Of a stretch of 35,327 bases of DNA, positions 7,717 through 17,586 are shown one piece after another. The position numbers were made by a program, and so were the translations under genes. The notes below the pieces were generated by a model, which did no database searches, had not been told where the DNA came from, and saw only the letters and a program-made list of their open reading frames with translations. Position 1 is the first letter of the stretch, and every line of letters begins with the position of its first letter. The stretch is taken from sequence record DRR723986_4190. One strand, written 5' to 3'.

Positions 7717-10700
7717 GTGTTGCGTGCTCCAGACTGCTTGAATGTTGAACCCATTTTTTGATACAAACTTTTCATGCCATGCTCAAAGTCATCCATCAAG
7801 GTATACACCACGGGAATAACCAAGAGGCTCAAGAAAGTGGATGTCATCAAACCACCGATGACCGCAATCGCCATGGGACTGCGAAAGCTGGTGTCTGCAT
7901 CGCCAGTGCCAATGGCGATGGGCAACATGCCCGCCGCCATGGCAATCGTAGTCATGATGATGGGGCGGGCGCGCTTGTGACAGGCGTCCACCACCGCATC
8001 CAGCCTGCTCATGCCTTTGTCATTGCGCGCCATGATGGCGTACTCCACCAACAGAATCGAATTCTTGGTGGCAATGCCCATCAACATGATCAAGCCGATC
8101 AGTGAGGGCATGGAGAAGCTTTTACCCGCAATCAACAGGCCCACGAATGCGCCCCCCAAACTCAGCGGAAGTGCAGCCAGAATGGTGACTGGTTGCAGGA
8201 AATCCTTGAACAACAACACCAGCACCACAAAAATGCACAACACACCTGTGAGCATGGCCAAACCGAAACTGGCGAACAGTTCTTCCATCACCTCGGCATC
8301 ACCGATATTGCGTTGAGCCACACCAGGTGGCAGGTTTTTGATGCTGGGCAGTTGCTGAACCGCTGCAGCCACATCACCCAACGGTTGACCCTGCAATTCA
8401 ATTTCAAAGTTCACGTTGCGGGCACGATCGTAACGATCAATCACCGAGGGGCCCGCGTTGATGCCCAAAGTGGCGACCTGGTTCAAAGGCACACTGGGCA
8501 CTCCTGGCTTGGTGGAGGGCACTGCAAGGCGCTCAAGCACGCTGAGGTCGGCACGCGCTGCCTCGTCCAGACGAACCACGATCGGCACCTGGCGTTGAGA
8601 CAAATTCAGTTTGGGCAAGGCCGCGTCATAATCACCGACCGTGGCGACACGCAGGGTTTCGCCCATGGCTGCGGTGCTGACGCCCAAATCGGCCGCCTTG
8701 GCAAAATCGGGCTTGATCCAGACTTCGGGACGAACCAAAGCAGCACTGGATGCAATGGAGCCCAAACCGGGAATGGTGCGAAGATCACGCTCCACTTCCG
8801 CGGCGGCCTTGGACAACGCGTCACCATCATCGCCTGACAACACCAACACATACTTCTCGCCAGACGCACCCAGCCCCACTTTGTAACGCACACCGGGCAG
8901 GTTGCTGAGCGCCTCACGCATTTGTGTTTCGGTCACTTGCTTGCGCACGGCGCGTTCACCGCGCGGATCGAGCAGCACCGTGAGCGTGGCTTTGCGCACC
9001 TCGGCCTGACCGCTCATCATGAATGGATCCGTTCCCGCAGAACCACCGCCAATGGTGGTGTACACACTGCGAACGTATTCCACTTCACTGACCAGCTCAC
9101 GGGCTTTTTCCGCAGCCTCACGAGTTTGCTCGTACGTGCTGCCCGGTTGCAGTTCCAGATAAACCTGGGTTTGTGACAGATCATCGGGCGGAATAAAACC
9201 GGTGGGCAACAGTGGGATCAACATGATGGAGCCCACGAAAAAAGCACCCGCCGCAATACAGGTAATCCACCTGTGAGCCAGCGCCCAGCGTACCCAGTCC
9301 AGGTAGCGGACCATCATTTTCCCGGGCTCGTTTTTCTCGCTTTCGTGACCCGCTGGCTTGAGCATGTAAGCTGCCATCATGGGCGTCAGCATGCGCGCCA
9401 CCACCAGTGAGGCGAACACAGCCAGTGAGGCTGTCCAGCCAAATTGAACGAAAAACTTGCCAGCCACGCCGCTCATGAATGCGGTGGGCAGGAACACGGC
9501 AATCAAGGTAAATGTGGTGGCAATCACTGCCAGACCGATTTCATCGGCGGCTTCGCGTGCAGCATCAATCGGGTTCTTGCCCATTCTGGAGTGTCGAACG
9601 ATGTTTTCAACCTCCACGATGGCATCGTCCACCAATATACCCACCACCAGCGACATGGCCAGAAGTGACACCACATTCAGACTGAAGCCCAGGTAATACA
9701 TGCCGGCAAAAGCCGGAATGATCGACAAGGGCAAAGCCACGGCAGACACAAAGGTGGCGCGCCAGTCGCGCAGGAAAAACCACACCACCACCACGGCCAG
9801 AAATGCTCCCTCGTAGAGCATTTTCATGGAGCTGTCGAAATCCTCTTTCACAGGCTCCACGAAGTTGAACGCCTCCACAATGGTGAGGTCAGGCCGCTGA
9901 GCCTGCAGATCAGCCAGCGCCTTGGCCACCCCCTGCCCCACTTCCACTTCACTGGCACCCTTGCTTCGCGTGATCTCAAAACCCACCACGTCCTGACCAT
10001 TCAGTAAAGCCGCCGAACGCCGGTCTGCAATCGTGTCTTTGATCGTGGCAATTTCAGTCAGCTTGACCCGGCGACCATTGCTCAAGGAGATGGAGATTTC
10101 CTTTAACTGATTGGCATTCTCCACGGTGGCGATGGTACGCAATGGTTGCTCGCCAACGCCCAAGTCTGCGCGACCACCCGCGGCCTCCAGCTGGGTGTTG
10201 CGCAACTGGCGCGACACGTCCAGCGCACTCACACCCAGGGCCTGCATCTTCAACGGGTCTAATTCAACCACCACCTGGCGTGTTACACCGCCCACCCGGT
10301 TTACAGCGCCCACACCTTTCACGTTCAACAGGGTTTTGGTGATGGTGTCGTCCACATACCAGGACAAACCTTCTTCATCAAAAGCTGTGGATGCAATGGT
10401 GTAAGCCAGCACCGGGGCACCGCTCAGCTCCAGTTTGTTGATCACCGGGTCGCGCAGATCAGTGGGCAAGTCTGCACGCACACGGGACACCGCAGAACGC
10501 ACATCGTCCACCGCTTCCTGGGTGTCTTTTTCCAGGTTGAATTCAACGGTGATACTAACGATGCCGTCCTGAATCTTGGTGTAGATGTGTTTGAGTTGTT
10601 GCAGTGTGGCCAGCGAGTTTTCAATTTTGCGCGCTACATCATTTTCAAGCTGCGCAGGCGATGCACCCGGCAGGCTGGCAGTCACCAGCACCGTGGGTAA

Positions 10701-10823
10701 CTCGATGTCCGGAAACTGCTGGATCTTCATGCTTGAAAAGCTGAAGAGCCCTGCCACCGTGAGCAGGAAAAACAGCATCACCGCAGGAATCGGGTTCTTG
10801 ATTGAACAGGTTGAGACGTTCAC
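7713..10823 (-). CDS. RND efflux transporter permease (AcrB/MdtB family)
   Basis: 1036 aa; GILVDDAIVEVEN, GIATKNSILLVE and RARPIIMTT proton-relay motifs; GTG start overlaps the MFP stop. Confidence 0.96.
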   Translation of the reverse strand: MNVSTCSIKNPIPAVMLFFLLTVAGLFSFSSMKIQQFPDIELPTVLVTASLPGASPAQLENDVARKIENSLATLQQLKHIYTKIQDGIVSITVEFNLEKDTQEAVDDVRSAVSRVRADLPTDLRDPVINKLELSGAPVLAYTIASTAFDEEGLSWYVDDTITKTLLNVKGVGAVNRVGGVTRQVVVELDPLKMQALGVSALDVSRQLRNTQLEAAGGRADLGVGEQPLRTIATVENANQLKEISISLSNGRRVKLTEIATIKDTIADRRSAALLNGQDVVGFEITRSKGASEVEVGQGVAKALADLQAQRPDLTIVEAFNFVEPVKEDFDSSMKMLYEGAFLAVVVVWFFLRDWRATFVSAVALPLSIIPAFAGMYYLGFSLNVVSLLAMSLVVGILVDDAIVEVENIVRHSRMGKNPIDAAREAADEIGLAVIATTFTLIAVFLPTAFMSGVAGKFFVQFGWTASLAVFASLVVARMLTPMMAAYMLKPAGHESEKNEPGKMMVRYLDWVRWALAHRWITCIAAGAFFVGSIMLIPLLPTGFIPPDDLSQTQVYLELQPGSTYEQTREAAEKARELVSEVEYVRSVYTTIGGGSAGTDPFMMSGQAEVRKATLTVLLDPRGERAVRKQVTETQMREALSNLPGVRYKVGLGASGEKYVLVLSGDDGDALSKAAAEVERDLRTIPGLGSIASSAALVRPEVWIKPDFAKAADLGVSTAAMGETLRVATVGDYDAALPKLNLSQRQVPIVVRLDEAARADLSVLERLAVPSTKPGVPSVPLNQVATLGINAGPSVIDRYDRARNVNFEIELQGQPLGDVAAAVQQLPSIKNLPPGVAQRNIGDAEVMEELFASFGLAMLTGVLCIFVVLVLLFKDFLQPVTILAALPLSLGGAFVGLLIAGKSFSMPSLIGLIMLMGIATKNSILLVEYAIMARNDKGMSRLDAVVDACHKRARPIIMTTIAMAAGMLPIAIGTGDADTSFRSPMAIAVIGGLMTSTFLSLLVIPVVYTLMDDFEHGMKSLYQKMGSTFKQSGARNT

Positions 10824-11932
10824 TGAACCACCTTCACGAAATCACCATGGGCCAGAAAGGCCACACCGCTTCTCACCACCTTGTCACCAGGCTTCAAACC
10901 ATTGAGCACTTCAATGAATTCGCCTTGGGCCCGGTTCACCTCCAGCTTCACGCGTTGAACCTGACTGGTTTTTTCATCCAGCGTAAAGGCGTAGGTAAAC
11001 CCGTCACGTTCAATCACCGCGGTTTGCGGAATCACCGTGGCCGTTTGTTCACCCAAATCAAACTCACCGCGCAAGTACATGCCAGGCTTCAAGCCCTTGG
11101 AATAGGCAGCGGGCAAATCGACATACACCATGCCATTTCTGGATTGTGAATTGATGACCGGGCTGATGGTACGAACAATCCCCTTGATGGGCTCTGCTTC
11201 ATGGAGCACCTGCACTGCCATGCCCTCCTTGATGCGAGTCAACTCAGAATCCGTGACCTCCGCCTGCCACTCCAGGCGCTGCTGACGCACCAAGCGAAAC
11301 AGCTCTTGCCCCGGGGCTGGCACTGAACCCAAGGTGGCCGTGCGCGCGCTGATCACGCCATCGTCCAGGGCAGTGACCGTGGTGTTGCGCAAACGAATTT
11401 CCTGTTGGGTTTGAAGTGCCTTGGCTGACAACAAACGGGCCTGTGCAGACTTCTCTGCGGCGATGACCTGATTGCGCTCCTGTGCACTGACCGCCCCTTG
11501 GTCGGTGATGTTGCGAATCATGTCGGCATTCAACCTGGCTTGTTCAAACAGGGCTTGCGCCTCGGCCACTCCCGCTTTGGCCTGTGCCAAATCGGCATTC
11601 ACCGTTTGTTGATCGAATACGGCCAGCGTTTGACCTTTCTTGACCACATCGCCCACTTCAGCCCGCAAGGCATCAATGCGTACACCGTTCAACTGGGAAC
11701 CGATCACAGCCTCTTGCCAGGCCGCCACGCTGCCATTCACCGACAGTTTCAGCGGAATCGTTTTCTGTTCAATCACAGCCAACTGAACCGACAAACTGGC
11801 TTTGCCAGGCGCTTGTGTGTCGCCTGCCACTTCAGGCTCGGCTTGCTCGGCGCTGGGTGAACAAGCCCCAAGCAGCAAGGTTGCCGCGAGTATGGCGACG
11901 GGGTATTTCCTTAAAACCATTGAAATGTTCAT
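10820..11932 (-). CDS. RND periplasmic adaptor (MFP) lipoprotein
   Basis: Lipobox LLLGAC, lipoyl-like VGDVVKKGQ.LA, helical hairpin and GLKPGDKVV; ATG 11932 overlaps the regulator stop (alternative start 11941). Confidence 0.93.
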   Translation of the reverse strand: MNISMVLRKYPVAILAATLLLGACSPSAEQAEPEVAGDTQAPGKASLSVQLAVIEQKTIPLKLSVNGSVAAWQEAVIGSQLNGVRIDALRAEVGDVVKKGQTLAVFDQQTVNADLAQAKAGVAEAQALFEQARLNADMIRNITDQGAVSAQERNQVIAAEKSAQARLLSAKALQTQQEIRLRNTTVTALDDGVISARTATLGSVPAPGQELFRLVRQQRLEWQAEVTDSELTRIKEGMAVQVLHEAEPIKGIVRTISPVINSQSRNGMVYVDLPAAYSKGLKPGMYLRGEFDLGEQTATVIPQTAVIERDGFTYAFTLDEKTSQVQRVKLEVNRAQGEFIEVLNGLKPGDKVVRSGVAFLAHGDFVKVVQ

Positions 11933-12576
11933 TTGCTGCAATCCTGTTTGCGTCGTTTGCTTTCACTTTCAAGCATGGCCTTGGCATAACCGGCCAAGCG
12001 ATCACTCAAGGTATCAATGGCTTTGGCGTTGCCCATCAATTTGGGGCAAATCACATCGACCACATCTTGAGCCACATAAAAATTAACCGCCATGCCCATC
12101 ATGGCGAAGGCCAGGCGTTGAATGTCCAGGTCGGGTTTGGTCAAACCAAAATAGGCGGTCAGCATGTTGACCAAGGCCATGTGCTGTGGCTTGATTTCCG
12201 CGTCTATTTCATGTTCCCAGGCACCGGTGGGTTCAATCATTTCGCGAAAGTGCAATTTCATCACCAAACGAAATGTTTCACCGTGCTTCAAAGGCTCCAG
12301 AAAATCCCGGAACAATTGCTTCAGCGCCTTGTCCACATCGGTGCTGTTCAAATCAGGAATGCCCTGCTCAAACGGCGTGCCGCACAGGGGCTCGGTATAA
12401 GCGGCCCTGTAAAGACCAGCCTTGTCGCCAAAGTAATAGCGAATAGAGGATATATTGGCACCCGCCTTGTCGGCGATTTCGCGCGTAGAAGCGCCCTCAT
12501 AGCCTTTTTCAGCGAAGGTGATCAGTGCGGCCTGCACCAGCTTTTGCCGTGCGGACTGCTGCTTGTCTTGAAGCAT
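11929..12576 (-). CDS. TetR family regulator, CecR/YbiH-like
   Basis: FAEKGYEGASTREIADKAGANISSIRYYFGDKAGLY helix-turn-helix; REMIEPT C-terminal motif. Confidence 0.88.
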   Translation of the reverse strand: MLQDKQQSARQKLVQAALITFAEKGYEGASTREIADKAGANISSIRYYFGDKAGLYRAAYTEPLCGTPFEQGIPDLNSTDVDKALKQLFRDFLEPLKHGETFRLVMKLHFREMIEPTGAWEHEIDAEIKPQHMALVNMLTAYFGLTKPDLDIQRLAFAMMGMAVNFYVAQDVVDVICPKLMGNAKAIDTLSDRLAGYAKAMLESESKRRKQDCSK

Positions 12577-12596
12577 GGGAAAAATCCAGAATTAAT

Positions 12597-12633
12597 TCAA
12601 TCGATTGATTTAAAAATATATCAAACGATTGAT
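12597..12633. promoter_or_regulatory. Tandem TetR operator palindromes
   Basis: TCAATCGATTGA (12597-12608, perfect) and ATCAAACGATTGAT (12620-12633), directly upstream of the regulator. A further inverted repeat CAATCTG-N5-CAGATTG lies at 12641-12659. Confidence 0.7.
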
Positions 12634-12796
12634 TAATCAGCAATCTGGAATTCAGATTGACACGCGGTTTAGAGGACCTTATCAACCCAGCTGCAATACG
12701 CTGAATGGCGGAGAATCTTTAGATTAAGCGCCACTGGCGTTTGGAAACTTGCTACTCTTTGCTTGTAATTCCAAAAACAACAATCAGGAGACAAGC

Positions 12797-13213
12797 ATGG
12801 GCGTGGCAGAGAAAGGTGGTAACGCATTGCGCAAACTGAAAAGCGCGGCACAGAAAAGGGCATCCAGCCTGCCTGCAGGACACTTGATCAACGCAGTGGT
12901 TGACCAGGTGAATCAATTTGAAACCGGTATCAAGCAAACAGTAGATGGTGTTCAGGACAAGGTCAAAGGCTTGCAAGCCAACTTGTTGAAAATGTATCAA
13001 GCCAACAAAGAACTGGAGCAGGAAAACCGCGAGCTGCACAAAACCATGGTCGGGCTGGAGAAAGACAACGCCCACCTGACCATGCAACTGGACCGCACCC
13101 AAATGGAACTCAATGTGCTGAAGGCCAAGCTGGAAAACATTGGCAAGCTGGTGAGCGGCTACGAAGAGTCGATTGCTGCGGTCACCCGTGGCACCAAACC
13201 CAAGCGCAAATAA
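12797..13213 (+). CDS. Hypothetical coiled-coil protein (138 aa)
   Basis: AGGAG RBS at 12786-12790 before ATG 12797; heptad-patterned Leu/Glu/Gln/Lys region; basic N- and C-termini. Confidence 0.75.
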   Translation: MGVAEKGGNALRKLKSAAQKRASSLPAGHLINAVVDQVNQFETGIKQTVDGVQDKVKGLQANLLKMYQANKELEQENRELHKTMVGLEKDNAHLTMQLDRTQMELNVLKAKLENIGKLVSGYEESIAAVTRGTKPKRK

Positions 13214-13233
13214 ACAGAAAGACGAGCCCGCTG

Positions 13234-14403
13234 ATGACCCGCACACCCATTCCACGTTTTGACGACAACTATTCGGAAGATGCTGCCAAAGCGCGCCGCG
13301 AATTTTTAACACAACAAACCGGAGCTAGCTTGCACCACACTGGCACCTATTCCCTGCCCCCTGAAAGTTTGAAAAGCAACACTGAGAACTTCATCGGTGT
13401 GGTGCAAATGCCGGTGGGTGTGGCAGGACCAGTGTTGATTCATGGTGAACATGCCCAAGGCTGGGTTTACGTGCCACTGGCCACGACCGAAGGCACACTG
13501 GTGGCCAGTTATAGCCGGGGCATGCGAATGGTGAGCGAATCGGGCGGCGTAAAGGTGACGGTGGCCGAGGAATACATGCAACGTGCACCGCTGTTTGAAT
13601 TCGAGGATGCCCGCGCGGCCAAAAGGTTTTTGCAATGGATCAATGAAAACCTGGCCACGGTCAAAGCCGAAGCAGAAAAAACCACCAGCTTTGGCAAACT
13701 GGAGCACATTCAAACCTGGCAAGTGGCGCGCATGGTGTACACGCGCTTTAACTACACCACAGGTGATGCAGCCGGGCAAAACATGTGCGGCAAGGCCACG
13801 CATGCCGCCTGCCAATGGGTGTTGAAAAACAGCCCGGAGGCCATTAGTTACTTTGCCCTGAGTGGCGCCATTGAAACGGACAAAAAACATTCGCACATGA
13901 ACCTGCTGCACAGCCGGGGCAAGCGTGTAATTGCGGAAGCCACCATCAAGCGCGAGGTACTGCAACGGCTTGCCCGCACCACGCCGGAAACCATTTTCAA
14001 GCAACGCCAGCGCAGTGCCATAGGCGCGCAGCTGGCAGGCAGTGCCTACAGTGGCCCCCACTCGGCCAATGGCATTGCCGCCCTGTTTATTGCCACAGGG
14101 CAAGATGAAGCCAATGTGGTGGAAAGCCATACAGGCATGGTGTTCATGGACATTACAGCCGATGGGGATTTGTACTTCTCTGTCACATTGCCCTCGGTGA
14201 TCTGCGCCACCAAAGGCGGTGGAACGGGCCTGGCCACGCAGGCCGAGTGCCTGAAAATGCTGGGCTGCGAGGGGGCTGGCAAAGCTCGCAAACTGGCTGA
14301 GATTGTGGGCGCCACGGTACTGGCCGGAGATTTGTCTTTGCTGTCCGCCATTCTGGCGGATGAATGGGTTTCCTCCCACGACGCCTACGGAAGGAACCGT
14401 TAA
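13234..14403 (+). CDS. Class I hydroxymethylglutaryl-CoA reductase homolog
   Basis: ENFIG, PVGVAGP, PLATTEG (catalytic Glu), TGDAAGQNM, ETDKK (Lys), TGQDEANVVES (Asp), KGGGTG and a C-terminal His. Confidence 0.9.
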   Translation: MTRTPIPRFDDNYSEDAAKARREFLTQQTGASLHHTGTYSLPPESLKSNTENFIGVVQMPVGVAGPVLIHGEHAQGWVYVPLATTEGTLVASYSRGMRMVSESGGVKVTVAEEYMQRAPLFEFEDARAAKRFLQWINENLATVKAEAEKTTSFGKLEHIQTWQVARMVYTRFNYTTGDAAGQNMCGKATHAACQWVLKNSPEAISYFALSGAIETDKKHSHMNLLHSRGKRVIAEATIKREVLQRLARTTPETIFKQRQRSAIGAQLAGSAYSGPHSANGIAALFIATGQDEANVVESHTGMVFMDITADGDLYFSVTLPSVICATKGGGTGLATQAECLKMLGCEGAGKARKLAEIVGATVLAGDLSLLSAILADEWVSSHDAYGRNR

Positions 14404-14415
14404 GCCGATGCAAGT

Positions 14416-14437
14416 CAGCGCCCGTCTTTAGGCGCTG
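14416..14437 (+). terminator. GC stem-loop after the HMG-CoA reductase gene (weak terminator or mRNA stabiliser)
   Basis: CAGCGCC-N8-GGCGCTG, with no U-tract. Confidence 0.3.
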
Positions 14438-14529
14438 TCAGTAAATCACCGACCGCTGGTGCAGTGCGGAATGACTTCAAATGTGTTTCAGTGCACACTC
14501 GTTTTACAATACGAAAACGAGGAGACACA

Positions 14530-15675
14530 ATGCAGTCTGAGGCAGGATCCGCGCAGTTCAACAACTCATTGATCAAACGTGTAGCTGGCCTCGTGACGAA
14601 AGTCTCCGATGCCTTTGCATTTCCCCTTCGAACCTCCCACTACATCGAACTGGTCAACCCGCTGTGGAGTACTCATGCCCTGCAAGCGCGGGTTGAAGCG
14701 GTGTGGGATGAAACATCGGACTCGCGCACTATCACCTTGCGCCCTGGCCTGAACTGGCGAAGCCACCGCCCTGGTCAGCACTTGCGCATTGGCGTGCCCA
14801 TTGGCGGGCAACATTTCACGCGCACCTATTCAATCAGTTCAGCCCCGGAACGCAATGATGGCTGCTTCACCATCACGGTGAAAGCCATCGACAATGGCCG
14901 CATGTCGCACCACCTGGTGCGCAAGCTGAAAGTGGGCGATTACGTGCCGATTGGTGTGCCACAAGGCGACTTTTACCTGCCCGACGCACAGCCTGTGCTG
15001 CCCCTGTTTATTACTGCGGGCAGCGGCATTACACCGATCATGAGCATGTTGAGAAGCCTGGTGCTGCAAGAGCGAATGCCCAACACCGTGCACATTCACT
15101 ACGCGCCCCACACTTACGATGTGATTTTTGGGCGTGAACTGAAAGAAATTGCGGACAAGCAAAAGCTGTACAAACTGAACCTGGTGCACACCCGGGAACC
15201 TGGCCAGAAGCCTGAAGACATAACCGGCAAACGCCCCCACTTTTCCAAAGAGCAACTCGAGCAACTGTGCCCCGACTGGCGAAAACGCGATGTGTATGCC
15301 TGTGGACCACAAACCATGCTCGATTCAATCGAGCAACTGTATGAAGCCGAAGGGCTTCGCCGACAGGTGCACACGGAGCGGTTCCGCGCTCAACTGGCTG
15401 GCGTTCCCACCGAGGTGAAAACCGGCGTGGTGAAGTTTTTGAACAGCAATGTGAGCGCCAACTCAGACGGTGAAACCAACCTGCTTCGCCTGGCCGAAGA
15501 TTCGGGCTTGAATCCGGAACACGGTTGCCGAATGGGGATTTGCCACGGTTGCGATGTGAAACTGGCCAGCGGCTGCGTGCGCGATTTGCGGACCAATGCA
15601 CTGATCAATGAAACCGGCCAGGTGATTCAGATTTGCGTGTGCGCCGCGGTGGGCGACGCAGAAATCGAAGTGTAA
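14530..15675 (+). CDS. FAD/NAD(P)H ferredoxin reductase with C-terminal 2Fe-2S domain (DesC/Rv3230c-like desaturase partner)
   Basis: GGAG RBS before ATG 14530; RTYSISS, AGSGITP, YACGP and CRMGICHGC...C motifs. Confidence 0.9.
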   Translation: MQSEAGSAQFNNSLIKRVAGLVTKVSDAFAFPLRTSHYIELVNPLWSTHALQARVEAVWDETSDSRTITLRPGLNWRSHRPGQHLRIGVPIGGQHFTRTYSISSAPERNDGCFTITVKAIDNGRMSHHLVRKLKVGDYVPIGVPQGDFYLPDAQPVLPLFITAGSGITPIMSMLRSLVLQERMPNTVHIHYAPHTYDVIFGRELKEIADKQKLYKLNLVHTREPGQKPEDITGKRPHFSKEQLEQLCPDWRKRDVYACGPQTMLDSIEQLYEAEGLRRQVHTERFRAQLAGVPTEVKTGVVKFLNSNVSANSDGETNLLRLAEDSGLNPEHGCRMGICHGCDVKLASGCVRDLRTNALINETGQVIQICVCAAVGDAEIEV

Positions 15676-15701
15676 GCAACTCGGGAAGCAGGAGACACAA
15701 C

Positions 15702-16856
15702 ATGGGCATGCCAAAACATTTGAGCGCCAGCGACATTGAGGAATTCGGTCGCGAAATGGACGCCATACGCAATGAAATTGCTGACTCGCTGGGTAGCAAG
15801 GACCGCGCTTACATCCTCTCCGTCATCAAATGGCAGCGCAGCCTGATGCTGGCCGGGCGTATAGTGGTGTTTCTCAGCTTTTTCCTATTGCCGATGAGCG
15901 AATGGCCATTCACCGGCTGGCCACAGTTCTGGGCCGTGCTGCTACTGGGCGCGATCATGTTGGGGGTATCGAAAAGCATTGAGAACATGGAGCTGGGGCA
16001 CAACATCATGCACGCCCAGTTCGACTGGATGCGTGATCCCAATATTCAATCCAACACCTGGGAATGGGACAACGTCTGCCCTTCTGACCAATGGAAACAC
16101 AGCCACAACGTAGTGCATCACACCTGGACCAATGTGCACGGCAAAGACCCCGACATTGGCTACGGTGTGCTGCGGGTTACCGACGACCAACGCTGGCATG
16201 CCAAGTACCTGTTCAACCCGGTCATCAATTTTGTGTTGATGATGCTGTTTCAGTGGGGTGTGGCCCTGCACGATCTGGAAGCAGACAAACTCATGGCTGG
16301 CCAGAAAAGCTGGAAGGAGGTGATCCCCATGCTGAAACGCATTGGCTGGAAGGTGCGCCACCAGCTGTTAAAGGATTATGTGTGCTGGCCTTTGCTGGGC
16401 GCCGCGGTCACCGTGCCGTTCACGGTGTTCTTCGGCTTTGACATTGTGCACATTGCCTTGGTGGCCATGGGCTTCACCGTTGTGGCCAATTTGATTGCCA
16501 ACGGCATTCGCAATATTTGGTCAAATGTGATTATTTTCTGCGGCCACTTCCCGGCAGGTGTGCACCACTTCACCAAGGAAGAAGTGGAAGGCGAAACCCG
16601 CGCAGCCTGGTATGTGCGCCAACTGCTGGGCAGCTGCAATATTACCGGTGGCAAACTGTTCCATATTTTGTCGGGCAACCTGAGCCACCAAATTGAACAT
16701 CACCTGTTCCCGGACATTCCTGCCAACCGCTACGCAGAAATGTCACCACGGGTGCAGGCCTTGGCAGCCCGGTATGGCTTGCCCTACAACAAGGGCAGTT
16801 TCACGCGCCAGTTTGGCACCACCACCTGGAATATCTGGCGACTGTCCTTGCCTTGA
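15702..16856 (+). CDS. Membrane acyl-CoA (fatty acid) desaturase, DesB/DesA3-like
   Basis: AGGAG RBS before ATG 15702; His boxes GHNIMH, HSHNVVHH and HQIEHH. Confidence 0.92.
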   Translation: MGMPKHLSASDIEEFGREMDAIRNEIADSLGSKDRAYILSVIKWQRSLMLAGRIVVFLSFFLLPMSEWPFTGWPQFWAVLLLGAIMLGVSKSIENMELGHNIMHAQFDWMRDPNIQSNTWEWDNVCPSDQWKHSHNVVHHTWTNVHGKDPDIGYGVLRVTDDQRWHAKYLFNPVINFVLMMLFQWGVALHDLEADKLMAGQKSWKEVIPMLKRIGWKVRHQLLKDYVCWPLLGAAVTVPFTVFFGFDIVHIALVAMGFTVVANLIANGIRNIWSNVIIFCGHFPAGVHHFTKEEVEGETRAAWYVRQLLGSCNITGGKLFHILSGNLSHQIEHHLFPDIPANRYAEMSPRVQALAARYGLPYNKGSFTRQFGTTTWNIWRLSLP

Positions 16857-16860
16857 TCGA

Positions 16861-17463
16861 TCAAACGGCCTGTGCGGTGCTGTACGCGAAAAACAGCACC
16901 AGGCTGGCAGCCATGGTTCCGTTGAACCATTTCAAGCGCAGCGGGCTGTTGATAAAAGCCCGCAAGCGCGCACCCAACACCAGCCACACGCCCACACACA
17001 ACAGGCCCACACTGGCCATGATCACGGCCACCATCAACACATCCAGCACAGGCGTATTCGAGCGGGCGGGAAACAGGGCCACGGCGGCAGTCGCCATGAA
17101 CCAGGCTTTGGGATTGACCCATTGAAACAGCACGGCGTTGACAAAGCTCAAGGGCCTGGAACCAGGTTTCAGCGCATCCTCGGAAGGTGAAAAGCTGGCA
17201 ATTCGCCACGCCAAATACACCATCATCAGCAAGCTGAACACCAACAGTGCATTGTGAAACCAGGGCAGGCTTTCAAACACAGCATTCAAACCAAGCCCCA
17301 TGGCCACCAGCATCAGCGGAAAGCCCACAATGATGCCGAAGAAATGCGGCAGGCTTTTTCGCACACCAAAATTCATGCTGCTGGTCATGATCATCAGGTT
17401 GTTGGGTCCGGGCGTGATGATGCTTAAAAACGCAAACAAAGCGATGGCTTGAAAGTGCTGCAT
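16861..17463 (-). CDS. LysE family translocator
   Basis: ITPGPNN, FQWVNPKAW and about 6 TM segments; AAAGGAG RBS. Confidence 0.92.
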   Translation of the reverse strand: MQHFQAIALFAFLSIITPGPNNLMIMTSSMNFGVRKSLPHFFGIIVGFPLMLVAMGLGLNAVFESLPWFHNALLVFSLLMMVYLAWRIASFSPSEDALKPGSRPLSFVNAVLFQWVNPKAWFMATAAVALFPARSNTPVLDVLMVAVIMASVGLLCVGVWLVLGARLRAFINSPLRLKWFNGTMAASLVLFFAYSTAQAV

Positions 17464-17521
17464 GGCGAACTCCTTTCATGGAGTAAAAATGGAACACTCA
17501 CTGTAAGAATTTTTGCACTTT

Positions 17522-17586
17522 CAGTACAGATTCAGGATAATGAAATAATGTGCAGTACAGAATACGCGGTAAAAAATCTGTACTGC
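17522..17586. promoter_or_regulatory. MocR-type binding array (direct and inverted CAGTACAGA repeats)
   Basis: CAGTACAGA at 17522-17530 and 17553-17561, and the inverted copy TCTGTACTG at 17577-17585, between divergent lysE and MFS-mocR. Confidence 0.7.

Noticed and set aside
13306-14379. 357-aa antisense ORF over the HMG-CoA reductase gene
   Set aside because: Mirror frame of a conserved gene with no recognisable motifs.
14521-15700. Identical GGAGACACAA leaders at 14521-14530 and 15691-15700
   Set aside because: Adequately explained as a Shine-Dalgarno sequence plus an A/C-rich spacer; too short to claim a regulatory motif.
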